Shown here piece after piece: positions 1-8,342 of a stretch of 64,000 bases of DNA. The first letter of the stretch is position 1, and every line of letters starts with the position of its first letter. Under the pieces are notes generated by a model. The model saw only the letters and a program-made list of their open reading frames with translations, had not been told where the DNA came from and made no database searches. Location: positions 1-64,000 of the forward strand of contig CAVWLF010000001.1 in NCBI GenBank assembly GCA_963755815.1, written 5' to 3'. This DNA is from an uncultured Actinomycetes bacterium. Lineage in GTDB: Bacteria > Actinomycetota > Actinomycetes > Streptosporangiales > Streptosporangiaceae. The position numbers and the translations under genes are program-made.

Positions 1-33
1 GCAGGCGCGCTAACCAAGCTGCGCCACATCCCG
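1..33 (-). tRNA. partial tRNA (5' portion only; anticodon lies outside the window; 5' half resembles tRNA-Pro)
   Basis: Reverse complement of 1-33 reads CGGGATG-TG-GCGC-AGCTTGGTTA-GCGC-G-CCTGC. That is an acceptor arm, a D-arm and the start of the anticodon stem. Cut by the window edge. Confidence 0.5.
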
Positions 34-170
34 TCAAGCCAGCCGAAGCCTATCCTGTCCGATCAGCCCAGGACGGGCACCGGGTCTCGCCCGCCCCTCG
101 CGCGCCTGCGGGCGCGGCTACTGCGGCCGTGCGGGAACGGTACGCTACGGTGTGGCGGCCAAGCCGCTGC

Positions 171-244
171 GCGGGCGTAGCTCAATGGTAGAGCCCCAGC
201 CTTCCAAGCTGGTCATGCCGGTTCGATCCCGGTCGCCCGCTCCA
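171..244 (+). tRNA. tRNA-Gly (anticodon UCC)
   Basis: 74-nt cloverleaf read by hand: acceptor GCGGGCG/CGCCCGC, D-arm GCTC-AATGGTA-GAGC, anticodon arm CCAGC-CTTCCAA-GCTGG (TCC), T-arm GCCGG-TTCGATC-CCGGT, discriminator T plus encoded CCA. Confidence 0.9.
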
Positions 245-256
245 CCGCTCCTCCGC

Positions 257-289
257 AGGTCAGCGCTATAATCCTCGCACCGCTGACCT
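257..289 (+). terminator. hairpin downstream of tRNA-Gly (possible terminator)
   Basis: 9-bp inverted repeat AGGTCAGCG...CGCTGACCT with a 15-nt loop, 13 nt after the tRNA 3' end. No clear U-tract. Confidence 0.3.
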
Positions 290-484
290 ATGTCACGACG
301 CGTTCCTCGTGCCCATGCCCGGTACGGTCAGCGATCATCAGGGATGAACTCGATCGGGGCGACATCAGCAAGCGGGCCGCCATTGAGGCAACGCCGGTCC
401 AGTCACTACAGGCATCTGGCCCGGGCGGGCACGACGCGGTGCCAGCCGGGCCAGAACGGGGTCGCTACAAGCTGCAGCTCGCCG

Positions 485-1114
485 TCACGATGTTCCGCCC
501 CTGAGGAAGATCGCAATGGTGCGGGGCTGCAGCGGAGTGGCGTGAGCAGTGCAGGTGTAAGAGCCCTTGTCGATGAGCGCGAAGTTGGTCTGCTCACCGT
601 TCGTCAGCTGGAAGTTACCGAAGCTCAGCTCCGTTCCGGCTGGCATTGCCGCGGGATTGATCGTGATGGTCCGAACGTAGCGGGTCCGCGGGATGGACAC
701 GACGTGCAAGAGACCGGCCGGGGCCGGGTCGGAGGAGCAAAAGCTGCCCACCGTGACCTTGGCGGAGATGCCGTCTCGCGCGAGGTCGCGTTGCAGGGTG
801 CCGGGCTCGAGGAGCACCTTCGGCTTGATGGTCAGCGTGGCCGTGCCGTTGGCGTTGCTGACCAGCGTGAAGGCCGCGGTTTGGATCGTGCTTGTGCCGT
901 GCACCGGTGCGGAGCTGGCCAGGCCAACGGCCAGCACCGCGGTCACCGCCACCGTCCCGGTTCCGGCCAGGCCAATGAGCCTGCGGCGCCTGCGTGTTGT
1001 CCGGCCCTGCCGCACGATGGTATCCAGCGGCGTGCTCATCCGAACCTCGGAGAGGGAGTCCTTGGCCGTGGTGAGAGAGTCCTGGACGGTGCCGAGCGCG
1101 CTGTCGTCGTTCAT
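485..1114 (-). CDS. putative membrane-anchored anti-sigma factor / hypothetical protein co-transcribed with ECF sigma
   Basis: 209-aa ORF. Its ATG overlaps the upstream sigma stop (ATGA at 1111-1114). Arg-rich segment followed by one hydrophobic helix (LIGLAGTGTVAVTAVLAVGLA), then an extracytoplasmic domain. This is the typical sigma/anti-sigma arrangement. Confidence 0.6.
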   Translation of the reverse strand: MNDDSALGTVQDSLTTAKDSLSEVRMSTPLDTIVRQGRTTRRRRRLIGLAGTGTVAVTAVLAVGLASSAPVHGTSTIQTAAFTLVSNANGTATLTIKPKVLLEPGTLQRDLARDGISAKVTVGSFCSSDPAPAGLLHVVSIPRTRYVRTITINPAAMPAGTELSFGNFQLTNGEQTNFALIDKGSYTCTAHATPLQPRTIAIFLRGGTS

Positions 1115-1623
1115 TTCCGTATCTCCTGATCATCGTGATGCGGGATCGCGGATCGCAGCGTCGCTACCGCTTTGTGCAGGTGGGCGCTGACGGTCCCGGG
1201 GGCAATGCCTAGGAGCTTGGCCGTGGTCTCGGTGTCCAGGTCGAGCAGCAGCCGCAGGGTGACGACCTCGCGCTGACGCAACGGCAGCCGGCGAAGCGCG
1301 GCTACCAGCTCGCCGCTCATCACAGAGTCCTGATCTGCCGGAATCGCGCTGTCGTGGCTGCCCAGGGCGACCTCGCGCCGGTGGCGCCGCCACCGGGACA
1401 CGTTCACGTTCAGCGCCGCGCGCACCACCCAGGCCCGCGGCGCCTGCAGGTCGCGCACCTTCCGCCATGCCATCCACGCCCGGGCGAACCCCTCCGCGAC
1501 CAGTTCCTCGGCAAGCAGCCGGTCACCGACGTTGAGCAGCACGATCCGCAGGCAGTCATCACGGGCGGACTCGTAGAACTCGGCGAACTCCATCGACGTT
1601 TGCTCCACACCCCATACACGCAT
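1111..1623 (-). CDS. ECF-type RNA polymerase sigma-70 family factor
   Basis: 170-aa ORF with a region-2-like segment (LAEELVAEGFARAWMAW) and a region-4 HTH (LPLRQREVVTLRLLLDLDTETTAKLLGIAPGTVSAHLHKA). The true start may be the internal MEFAEFY (1593). Confidence 0.85.
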   Translation of the reverse strand: MRVWGVEQTSMEFAEFYESARDDCLRIVLLNVGDRLLAEELVAEGFARAWMAWRKVRDLQAPRAWVVRAALNVNVSRWRRHRREVALGSHDSAIPADQDSVMSGELVAALRRLPLRQREVVTLRLLLDLDTETTAKLLGIAPGTVSAHLHKAVATLRSAIPHHDDQEIRK

Positions 1624-1720
1624 CAGCCGCCGGATTCCTTTATCTCCCCTCCGGCTCCTGGCGCAGTCAATCGGCCACCGGTGATGAGGGCGTGTCCTAC
1701 CACCTCTGCCGCACCCTCAG

Positions 1721-1955
1721 CAATGGGGGACGGCAATGTAGCCGGTCAGGACTCCAAGTAGCGGAGGACGGCGAGTACCCGGCGGTGGTCGGCGTCTGGG
1801 GGGGCAGGCCGAGCTTGCTGAAGATGTTTCCCACGTGCTTTTCGACGGACCGCTCGGAAACACCAGGATCGCGGCGATCGCGGCGTTGGAGCGGCCTTCG
1901 GCCATCAGCGCCAGCACCTCGCGTTCCCTGGTCGTGAGCGTGCCGAGCCCGTCAT
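1721..1955 (-). pseudogene. remnant of the 3' end of a NarL/LuxR response-regulator gene (duplicate of 4256-4489)
   Basis: About 235 bp nearly identical to the 3' end plus 3' flank of the intact regulator at 4280-4936. By-eye alignment of 1741-1950 shows 3 substitutions and one 1-nt deletion (ggaaacacc vs ggaaaccacc). The deletion breaks the frame after ...TTREREVLALMAEGRSNAAIAAILV. Confidence 0.75.
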
Positions 1956-2329
1956 TTAGCGCGGGTACAGTCCGCGGATTGCTGGCTCGGTTTCCGTCAC
2001 GCCCTTGGCGGCCTCCCAACGCCACAGGGCAATGTCGCTGGTGAGATCGGCAAACCAGCAGTCAGCTATCGTTCCGGCTGGCTGCAAGTACCAGGCGTCC
2101 CGTGCAGCGCCGCCGCCGTCAGGTTGCCGTCGAGAAACCGGAACAGGCGGGAACTTCCGCGGGCAGTGCGCCTCCGGGTCTTGCTGGGCCAGGTCATCGA
2201 GCCCTGCCTGCATCGCCGGGGTGGCGTAAACACGGATGGCCGAGACAACCGAGTTGGCATGGAATAGAAGGCCTTGGCCCGGTCCACGTCGGAGACCGGG
2301 ATGACGACTACCTCAAGGTGGGTGTCCAT
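1956..2329 (-). pseudogene. degraded VOC/glyoxalase-family gene remnant
   Basis: The N-terminus MDTHLEVVVIPVSDVDRAKAFY is typical of VOC-family proteins. The reading frame then degenerates into Arg/Pro-rich sequence. C-terminal-like pieces (F.DGN / PDGGG..W.LQ) sit in two different frames and the total length is too short. Confidence 0.4.
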
Positions 2330-3306
2330 GGTCCGGTCATATCCGGCTCGGGAAGAAATCCGAACACTGCGAGCAGGCCAGGATTTCCGAACGAGGTAAC
2401 CTGGCTGATCCCGCGGTCGGTCACGGTCAGCACGCAGACGCCGTAGGGCTGCAGCTGCCCGTCAGCGTCCCGCGCGTACACCGCTGCGGCGGGCTGCCCG
2501 TTGGCGCCGGTGGCCAGCATCCGCCAGTCGCCGGCGGCGCCGAGGACGCGGTCGCGCAGGAACGGGATGCAGGCACGGCGGCCCGAGAACCAGGACCGCA
2601 GCGGCGTCGCCTCCAGGATGACGTCCTCGACCAGCAGCCGCTCGAGGGCAGCGGCGTCGGCGTTCTCGAACGCGGCGATGTACTCATCCAGCAGCGCCCG
2701 CGCCTGCGGCATGTCCGGCTCGGTGATCTGATCAGCTGCGGGGGCTACTTCCTCCAGCCGGGCCCGGGCCCGCTGCAGCGCGCTCTTCACTGACGCCGTC
2801 GTCGTTTCGAGCATGACCGCGACCTGCGCGGCGGGAAACTCGAGCACGTCGCGCAGGACGAGCACGGCGCGCTGCCGGGGCGGCAGATACTGCAGGCTCG
2901 CGATGAGTGCCAGCCGCAGGCTCTCGCGGGCGGTGACGATGACCGCCGGGTCGGCCGCCTCCGGGATCGCCAGCGTGTCCGGGACCGGGTCGAGCCACGC
3001 GACGGCCGGTCCGGCGTCCTCGGGCCATACCGCCGGATCCGGCTCCGCATCGTATAGTCCCGACGGCAGCACCCGGCGATCGCGACGGGACAGCGCCGTG
3101 AGGCACGCATTGGTGGCGATCTGGTACAGCCACGTGCGCACCGAGGACCGGCCCTCGAAACTGTCGTACGAGCGCCACGCGCGCAGGTAGGTCTCCTGGA
3201 CCAGGTCCTCGGCGTCCGCTACCGAGCCGAGCATCCGATAGCAGTGCGCGAACAGCTCGCGCCGGAACGGCTCCGTGTCCCGGCCGAACGCCGCGCTATC
3301 CGGCAT
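2308..3306 (-). CDS. ECF sigma factor with C-terminal SnoaL/NTF2-like domain (SigG/SigJ-like type)
   Basis: 332 aa. It has sigma region 2 (DAEDLVQETYLRAWRSYDSFEGRSSVRTWLYQIATNACL), a region 4 HTH (LPPRQRAVLVLRDVLEFPAAQVAVMLETTTASVKSALQRAR) and an extra C-terminal domain of about 130 aa. Confidence 0.85.
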   Translation of the reverse strand: MPDSAAFGRDTEPFRRELFAHCYRMLGSVADAEDLVQETYLRAWRSYDSFEGRSSVRTWLYQIATNACLTALSRRDRRVLPSGLYDAEPDPAVWPEDAGPAVAWLDPVPDTLAIPEAADPAVIVTARESLRLALIASLQYLPPRQRAVLVLRDVLEFPAAQVAVMLETTTASVKSALQRARARLEEVAPAADQITEPDMPQARALLDEYIAAFENADAAALERLLVEDVILEATPLRSWFSGRRACIPFLRDRVLGAAGDWRMLATGANGQPAAAVYARDADGQLQPYGVCVLTVTDRGISQVTSFGNPGLLAVFGFLPEPDMTGPWTPTLR

Positions 3307-3309
3307 CAG

Positions 3310-3861
3310 TCACACCGGCCGGCCGAGGTAGGCGGCGAGCTGGTCCGCGGGCCCGGCCCCGGCCGGCGCGGGCGCGACGGGCCCGAACGGGGCCTGCCCG
3401 TCCGGCCCGCGGAAACCGTCGGTGATCGCCAGCCGTGCCGAGGCGAGCAGCCCGGTCGCCAGCTCGGGGTCCAGGTCGCTCGGGTAGCCGATAGCGCGGG
3501 CCAGGTCCCAGCCGTGAGCGAACTGATCGAGGGCTGCCATGCTCCGCACGGCAGCGCCCGGGAACTCGCCGAACGGCAGCCGGATCATCCGGCCGAGCAC
3601 GCCATCGGCCTCGAACGCCGCCGCCGCCATCCGGGCGCTCTCCTCGTAGGCGGCGACGAAATCACCGGCCGTGTAGTCCGCGTCGGTGGGCTCGCTAGTG
3701 CCGCTGACGACACCGGCCCACCAGCGGGCCGTGTCGGTGAAGTGGTTGATCAGCGCGCGAACGTCCCAGGATGCACACGGCGTGGGTGCATCCAGGTCGC
3801 CGGGCTGCACTTTCTGAAGGACTGCCAGGGTGCTGCTCAGGGCTCTATCCAGTTCGGTCAC
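3310..3861 (-). CDS. DinB/mycothiol-maleylpyruvate-isomerase-N-terminal-like metal-binding protein (TIGR03086-like)
   Basis: Motifs LDAPTPCASWDVRALINHF and the family-typical C-terminus LAAYLGRPV. The stop is 4 nt from the downstream sigma start. Start chosen at GTG 3861 (AGGAG 8 nt upstream); the ORF track extends to a TTG at 3900. Confidence 0.75.
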   Translation of the reverse strand: MTELDRALSSTLAVLQKVQPGDLDAPTPCASWDVRALINHFTDTARWWAGVVSGTSEPTDADYTAGDFVAAYEESARMAAAAFEADGVLGRMIRLPFGEFPGAAVRSMAALDQFAHGWDLARAIGYPSDLDPELATGLLASARLAITDGFRGPDGQAPFGPVAPAPAGAGPADQLAAYLGRPV

Positions 3862-3896
3862 GTGCTCGCTCCTGATTCTCTCGCCTGCCAAGGCCG

Positions 3897-4118
3897 TCAA
3901 TCAGGTAGACCTGGCCGCCCGGCGAAAGGAATCGGTACCGTTCGATCAGGTCTCGGTGATGATCTTGACGGGCTGGCCCGTGACGGGCTGCGATGCCCAG
4001 GCCGGGCATACCCCAACTCCCGGAGCGCGGGCGCTACCTGCTCACGCATCATCAGGTCATACGCCTGCTGCACCCCCGTTGACGCTGACCCAGCCTGCGA
4101 CTTGCTCGACACCAGCAC
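3897..4118 (-). CDS. hypothetical protein, possibly a DUF4304-like remnant
   Basis: 73-aa ORF. The N-terminal AYDLMMREQVAPALRELGY resembles DUF4304 starts; the rest is Ser/Pro/Arg-rich and looks out of frame. Confidence 0.25.
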   Translation of the reverse strand: MLVSSKSQAGSASTGVQQAYDLMMREQVAPALRELGYARPGHRSPSRASPSRSSPRPDRTVPIPFAGRPGLPD

Positions 4119-4279
4119 CGCCCCTTCGCGGAACGCGCATTCGCAAATGCCAGCATCGACCCTAGGCCCATCTGCATCGATCAGGCCAGCCGCTCAAGTC
4201 GGCCGGCGACCGTTCCTGCCACCGCGCAGCGACCCAGATCCCGCAGACATTTTGCGAATGGTGTGGGCAATGTGGCCGG

Positions 4280-4936
4280 TCAGGACTCCAGGTAGCGGAG
4301 GACGGCGAGTACCCGGCGGTGGTCGGCGTCTGAGGGGGGCAGGCCGAGCTTGCTGAAGATGTTCCCCACGTGCTTTTCGACGGACCGCTCGGAAACCACC
4401 AGGATCGCGGCGATCGCGGCGTTGGAGCGGCCTTCGGCCATCAGCGCCAGCACCTCGCGTTCCCTGGTCGTGAGCGTGCCGAGCCCGTCGTTGCGGCGGC
4501 TGGCGCCGAGCAGTTGCGTGACGACCTCCGGGTCGAGGGCGGTGCCGCCGGCGGCCACCCGGCTCAGCGCCTCGACGAACTCCTCGACGTCGCCGACCCG
4601 GTCCTTGAGCAGGTACCCGACCCCCGCTGCACCGCCGCCCGACGCCGCGCCGAGCAGGTCAGCCGCGTAGCGGGTCTCGATGTACTGAGAGAACACCAGC
4701 ACCCCGGTCTTGGGGTGGTCGCGGCGGATGGCGATCGCGGCGCGCAGGCCCTCGTCGGTGTAGCCGGGCGGCATCCGCACGTCCACCACGGCGGCGTCTG
4801 GGTGGTGCTCGTCCACCGCCGCTAGCAGATCGTCGGCGTTACCAACGGCGGCCGCCACTTGGTGGCCGCTGTCGGTCAGGATTTCGGCCAGGCCCGCTCG
4901 CACTACGGCCGAGTCTTCGGCGATCACGATCCGCAT
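4280..4936 (-). CDS. NarL/LuxR-family two-component response regulator
   Basis: MRIVIAEDSAVVRAGL... receiver domain plus a C-terminal GerE HTH (LTTREREVLALMAEGRSNAAIAAILVVSERSVEKHVGNIFSKLGL). Start taken at ATG 4936; the ORF-track upstream extension is Cys/Trp/Pro-rich and overlaps the kinase gene. Confidence 0.9.
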   Translation of the reverse strand: MRIVIAEDSAVVRAGLAEILTDSGHQVAAAVGNADDLLAAVDEHHPDAAVVDVRMPPGYTDEGLRAAIAIRRDHPKTGVLVFSQYIETRYAADLLGAASGGGAAGVGYLLKDRVGDVEEFVEALSRVAAGGTALDPEVVTQLLGASRRNDGLGTLTTREREVLALMAEGRSNAAIAAILVVSERSVEKHVGNIFSKLGLPPSDADHRRVLAVLRYLES

Positions 4937-4952
4937 GGGGGCTCCGGTTCGG

Positions 4953-5897
4953 TCAGGCGTGGGACGGCAGCTCGACGGTGACCGCGGTGGGGCCTCCGGG
5001 CGGACTGCTGATGCCCAGCTTGCCGTCCACGGTCCGGACCCGCTCAGTGAGCCCGGCCAGGCCGCCGCGGGCGACGACTCCGGCGCCGCCGGTGCCATCA
5101 TCGCTGACCCGCATCCGCAGCAGGCCAGGCACATGGACCGCCTCCAGCCTGGCATGCCGGGCGCCGCTGTGCTTGGTCACGTTGGTGAGCAGCTCGGCTG
5201 CGCAGAAGTAGGCGATGGTCTCGATCGCGGCCGACGGGCGCTCGGGCAGGTCGATAACGAGGTCGACGGGCAGGTCGCTGCGCGCGGCCAGGGTGGTGAG
5301 TGCGACGCCCAGGCCCTGGTCGAGCACTGAGGGGTGAATGCCGCGGGCTAGGTCACGCAGCTCGGTGATGGCCTCCTTGACCCCGCGGTGGGCAGCGGCG
5401 ACCAGCTCCAGGACCCGGTCCAGGTCGGTCTGCCCGGTCCCGTCGACCATGCCGCCGAGCTTCTTGGCGGCCAGCCCCAGCTTCATGGTGACAGCAACCA
5501 GCTGCGCCTGCGCGCCGTCGTGAAGGTCCCGCTCGATCCGGCGCAGCCTGGCGGCCGACTGGTCCACCAAATGCGCCCGGGACTGCTCCAGATCACGAAC
5601 CCGCTGCGGCAGCGGAGCAACGAGCAGCCGGTAGGCGATCCAGAGTTCCAGCGCTCCCACCGCTATCAGCGCCGCGCCCCACCAGAAGCCGTAAGAGCAC
5701 AGGATGACGCCAAGGATGAACAACCAGAGACTGACGGCCAAGCACGCGCGGCCCCAGGCCTTGGGGTGGCGATATGCGGCGGGCCGCAGCAGAATTCTCA
5801 TGATCAGAGGTTCCGAGGGAGCACTGTCGTCACTCGGCGCGTATGTCGAGATGCCGTCAGCGACCTGGGATGCCTTGGCCATTCGGGTCACCCACAT
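4953..5897 (-). CDS. sensor histidine kinase (HisKA_3 / NarX-DesK type)
   Basis: N-terminal 2-TM segment, H-box RIERDLHDGAQAQLVAV, and an HATPase region (AELLTNVTKHSGA ... DDGTGG). Lies directly upstream of the response regulator. The start is ambiguous (5897, 5882 or 5801). Confidence 0.85.
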   Translation of the reverse strand: MWVTRMAKASQVADGISTYAPSDDSAPSEPLIMRILLRPAAYRHPKAWGRACLAVSLWLFILGVILCSYGFWWGAALIAVGALELWIAYRLLVAPLPQRVRDLEQSRAHLVDQSAARLRRIERDLHDGAQAQLVAVTMKLGLAAKKLGGMVDGTGQTDLDRVLELVAAAHRGVKEAITELRDLARGIHPSVLDQGLGVALTTLAARSDLPVDLVIDLPERPSAAIETIAYFCAAELLTNVTKHSGARHARLEAVHVPGLLRMRVSDDGTGGAGVVARGGLAGLTERVRTVDGKLGISSPPGGPTAVTVELPSHA

Positions 5898-6130
5898 CTC
5901 AATGCTCGCCGGGCCCGCGAAGCCTGGGAGGAATTGGTATCAAGAGTGAATATGCCGCCTCGCGCTGGCACAGGAGGGCTGGACCGCTGATCAATCGCCG
6001 GGCTGGCGCACCTGTCCATCGCGCTCCTCGCTCCTTTAGTATCCGCCGCAAGCTCGCGCCACGAGCATGAAGCATCTCCCCAAGCGGGCCGGGGGTTGCT
6101 CGGTCCCCGTTACGGGGAGATGCTTCCAAG

Positions 6131-6391
6131 CTAGGTCTGGACACTGGCCTGCAGACGGTAGGCGGTCCAGAAGATCAGCGCCGCCCCCGCCAGCGGCAGC
6201 ACGCCCAACCAGGCGAGCGGGCCCAGCCAGGGGCCGGAAGTGAGCAGGAGCACGGCCAGGGCGACGTTGAAGACGCCACAGGCAACGCGCACACGAACCC
6301 ACACATGGGGGTAGCGGTATTCGCGTGACCTGACCAGAAATCTCATGAGGGCAGATCGCGAGGAAGCGGTCTTGTCATTCGGCGGGAACAT
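6131..6391 (-). CDS. small 2-TM membrane protein, paralog of the histidine-kinase N-terminus (probably the surviving 5' part of a decayed kinase gene)
   Basis: The 86-aa ORF aligns with the N-terminus of kinase 4953-5897 (PPNDKTASSRSALMRFLVRSREYRYPHVW vs APSDDSAPSEPLIMRILLRPAAYRHPKAW; WTAYRL vs WIAYRL). About 45 nt of 5' flank is also shared (GGCGAGCATTGAGAT). Confidence 0.5.
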   Translation of the reverse strand: MFPPNDKTASSRSALMRFLVRSREYRYPHVWVRVRVACGVFNVALAVLLLTSGPWLGPLAWLGVLPLAGAALIFWTAYRLQASVQT

Positions 6392-6621
6392 CGGAATGCC
6401 TCCTGGGAGCTGCGGTACCGGGCCACCCCGGTCACCTGTATCTCAATGCTCGCCGCCCGCGAACAGGACATCCACCGTGCGGATACCCGAACCTGAGGTG
6501 GGGCTAGCACGGTCCCCCGGCTCACCCGGCAGCTACGAGGAGGACGAGGGCCAGCACGACAAATATGGGCACGGCTGAGTCATTCGGAATCGCAGTCACT
6601 GAAGGCTGGGTGTTTCGGTAA

Positions 6622-6654
6622 ATGCTTGCCGTCTAACAGTCGACGGCAAAGCAT
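6622..6654 (-). terminator. stem-loop (possible terminator)
   Basis: 12-bp stem with one bulge (ATGCTTGCCGTC / GACGGCAAAGCAT) and an 8-nt loop. It lies 19 nt beyond the stop of a short minus-strand ORF (6673-6858). Only a weak T-run follows on the minus strand. Confidence 0.3.
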
Positions 6655-7014
6655 CGTCTGCGTGACGTAACTTCAGGCCGCGCCTTGGGGGCCACAGAGG
6701 TGCTCTGCCAGCAGTGCGGCGACACCGGCAGCCCGGTCGACGGGCACTTCGAAGCGGGCGCAGGGACAAGCGGAACAGGCCGACGCGCGGGTGCTTAGCC
6801 TGGCATTACCGGCGGATAAAGCGCGCGAAAACGTCACTCGGGGTAGCGATAGCCTCACCTAGAAGAACAATGGACGCCTTCATCTTCTCATTACCGAATC
6901 TTTACCAGGTGAAATTCTTGCCCGAAAGGTCCCTGCTGATAGAAAGGAAATTGGTACTGCCCTAGCCCCTGGCAGCCGCAGAGAACTCACCCGGCACAGT
7001 GAGCAGGAGCAGCC

Positions 7015-7359
7015 ATGAATGCCGTGACCAGTACCGGGAAGGCTGCCCATCCGGCCAGGTCACCGCGCAGCGCCCGCGGCACGCGGCCAGGCACGGACAC
7101 CCCGGCGGTCCCTCCCGCGGGCCAGCCCGGTCACGGTCTTAACGCGAGGCTGCGGCGCCAGCCGGTCCGGATCGTGGACGGCCGGATCGAAGGCGGCTAC
7201 ACCGACGCGTTCGAGGTCATCTGCCCCGACTGCGGCGACCATCAATACCTGGATTACGGCGAGGTCATACCCCGGCTCCGGCGCCTGCGCGGGCCCCGCA
7301 CGCTGGAGGCGGGCCTGGCGGAGTATGAACGACACCTCGGACTCGGACTGACTGGCTGA
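7015..7359 (+). CDS. hypothetical protein (contains CPDCGD motif)
   Basis: 114-aa ORF preceded by GAGCAGGAGCAGCC-ATG. Its stop overlaps the next start (TGATG). No family recognised. Confidence 0.45.
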   Translation: MNAVTSTGKAAHPARSPRSARGTRPGTDTPAVPPAGQPGHGLNARLRRQPVRIVDGRIEGGYTDAFEVICPDCGDHQYLDYGEVIPRLRRLRGPRTLEAGLAEYERHLGLGLTG

Positions 7360-7685
7360 TGGACGTGCTCCGGGCTCGTCATGCCCGGGACCACGTGCAT
7401 CGCATCGAGGCCGGGAAGGCGGCGACCATACCTCCGACCGGCCAGGCCCGGCACGCGAACGAGCGCGATTCAAGTGCACCCGGAGCATCGGCGCTGACCG
7501 GTGCCGAACTGCGCCTGCTGCCGCTGCTCTCCACCCACCTGTCGCTTCCGGAGATCGCCGGGGAATTCTCGCTGTCCCCGCACACCATCAAGTCGCAGGC
7601 GTCGTCGATCTACCGGAAGCTGGGGGCCTCCTCCCGCAGCCAGGCGGTCGCCCTATCCCGCGAGCTTGGACTCCTGGAGGTTTGA
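7359..7685 (+). CDS. LuxR/GerE-family HTH protein (DNA-binding domain only)
   Basis: C-terminal LTGAELRLLPLLSTHLSLPEIAGEFSLSPHTIKSQASSIYRKLGASSRSQAVALSRELGLL is a canonical GerE HTH. No receiver or ATPase domain. Confidence 0.65.
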   Translation: MDVLRARHARDHVHRIEAGKAATIPPTGQARHANERDSSAPGASALTGAELRLLPLLSTHLSLPEIAGEFSLSPHTIKSQASSIYRKLGASSRSQAVALSRELGLLEV

Positions 7686-7766
7686 CCATCCGGTCGTTCA
7701 CCCATCAGCGGATGAACGGCAGACCCAGGGGCGACTTCAAAGCTGACTGCAGGAGTTCGTCCTTTG

Positions 7767-8294
7767 CTAGCTGGGCTGCTGGAGGAGCTTGACCATTATC
7801 AGGCACGGGTTTTCGGGCCATAGGCCGTGAATCTCCTCCAGCGGCCGGAAGCCCATGGCCGCGTAGAACTGCCGCGTCCGGTCGTAGCCAGCGTCAGGCC
7901 GGGACGGACCGAGGGTCTTGACCTGGAGCAGCTCAACCCCGTCGGCGATCAGATCGGCCTCCAGGGCTTCGACCAGACCCCGGCCGACACCGCGGCGATG
8001 CGTGGCGGGCTCCACGGCCATCAGGTAAATCTCGGCTGCGCCGGGGAAATGGCGAGCCGCCAGTAGCACCCCCACCGGCGCGCGCTTCCCCACCCGGGCC
8101 TGCGGCGCAGCACTAGGCCACGCCAGGTAGGTGGGCAGCTCGCGGGCCATCTCGACGTACTCGATGATCGCGGACTCGATTCCGAACCAATCAGGCAGCG
8201 AGCGCAGCAGCCGGTCGACCGCATCGGGGTCCTGCTCGCCCGAGGTCACGTGCCACGGCGGGGATGCCGGAACTTGCCCGATGCCAGAAGTCAT
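7767..8294 (-). CDS. GNAT family N-acetyltransferase
   Basis: Acetyl-CoA-binding motif HRRGVGRGLVEALE and overall GNAT length (175 aa). Confidence 0.8.
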   Translation of the reverse strand: MTSGIGQVPASPPWHVTSGEQDPDAVDRLLRSLPDWFGIESAIIEYVEMARELPTYLAWPSAAPQARVGKRAPVGVLLAARHFPGAAEIYLMAVEPATHRRGVGRGLVEALEADLIADGVELLQVKTLGPSRPDAGYDRTRQFYAAMGFRPLEEIHGLWPENPCLIMVKLLQQPS

Positions 8295-8342
8295 TCCCGC
8301 ACGCTAGCCTGACCCCCGCCGCGGCGGTGATGAGGCCTCGCC

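Noticed and set aside
290-1190. Plus-strand ORFs 290-1129 and 693-1190
   Set aside because: They are antisense to the sigma-coupled membrane protein gene, are Arg/Gly-rich, and have no motif support.
1-4300. tRNA-adjacent genomic island or integrated element
   Set aside because: The region next to the two tRNA genes contains gene remnants and a 235-bp direct repeat. There is no integrase, no transposase and no duplicated tRNA 3' end (att site). It was therefore not called a mobile element.
6840-6965. AT-richer stretch upstream of 7015 as a small RNA or riboswitch
   Set aside because: No conserved structure or known motif was recognised, and the only ORF there (6714-6965) has poor coding character. 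It is most simply a promoter region; a TTGCCC-N16-TAGAAA arrangement is weak.
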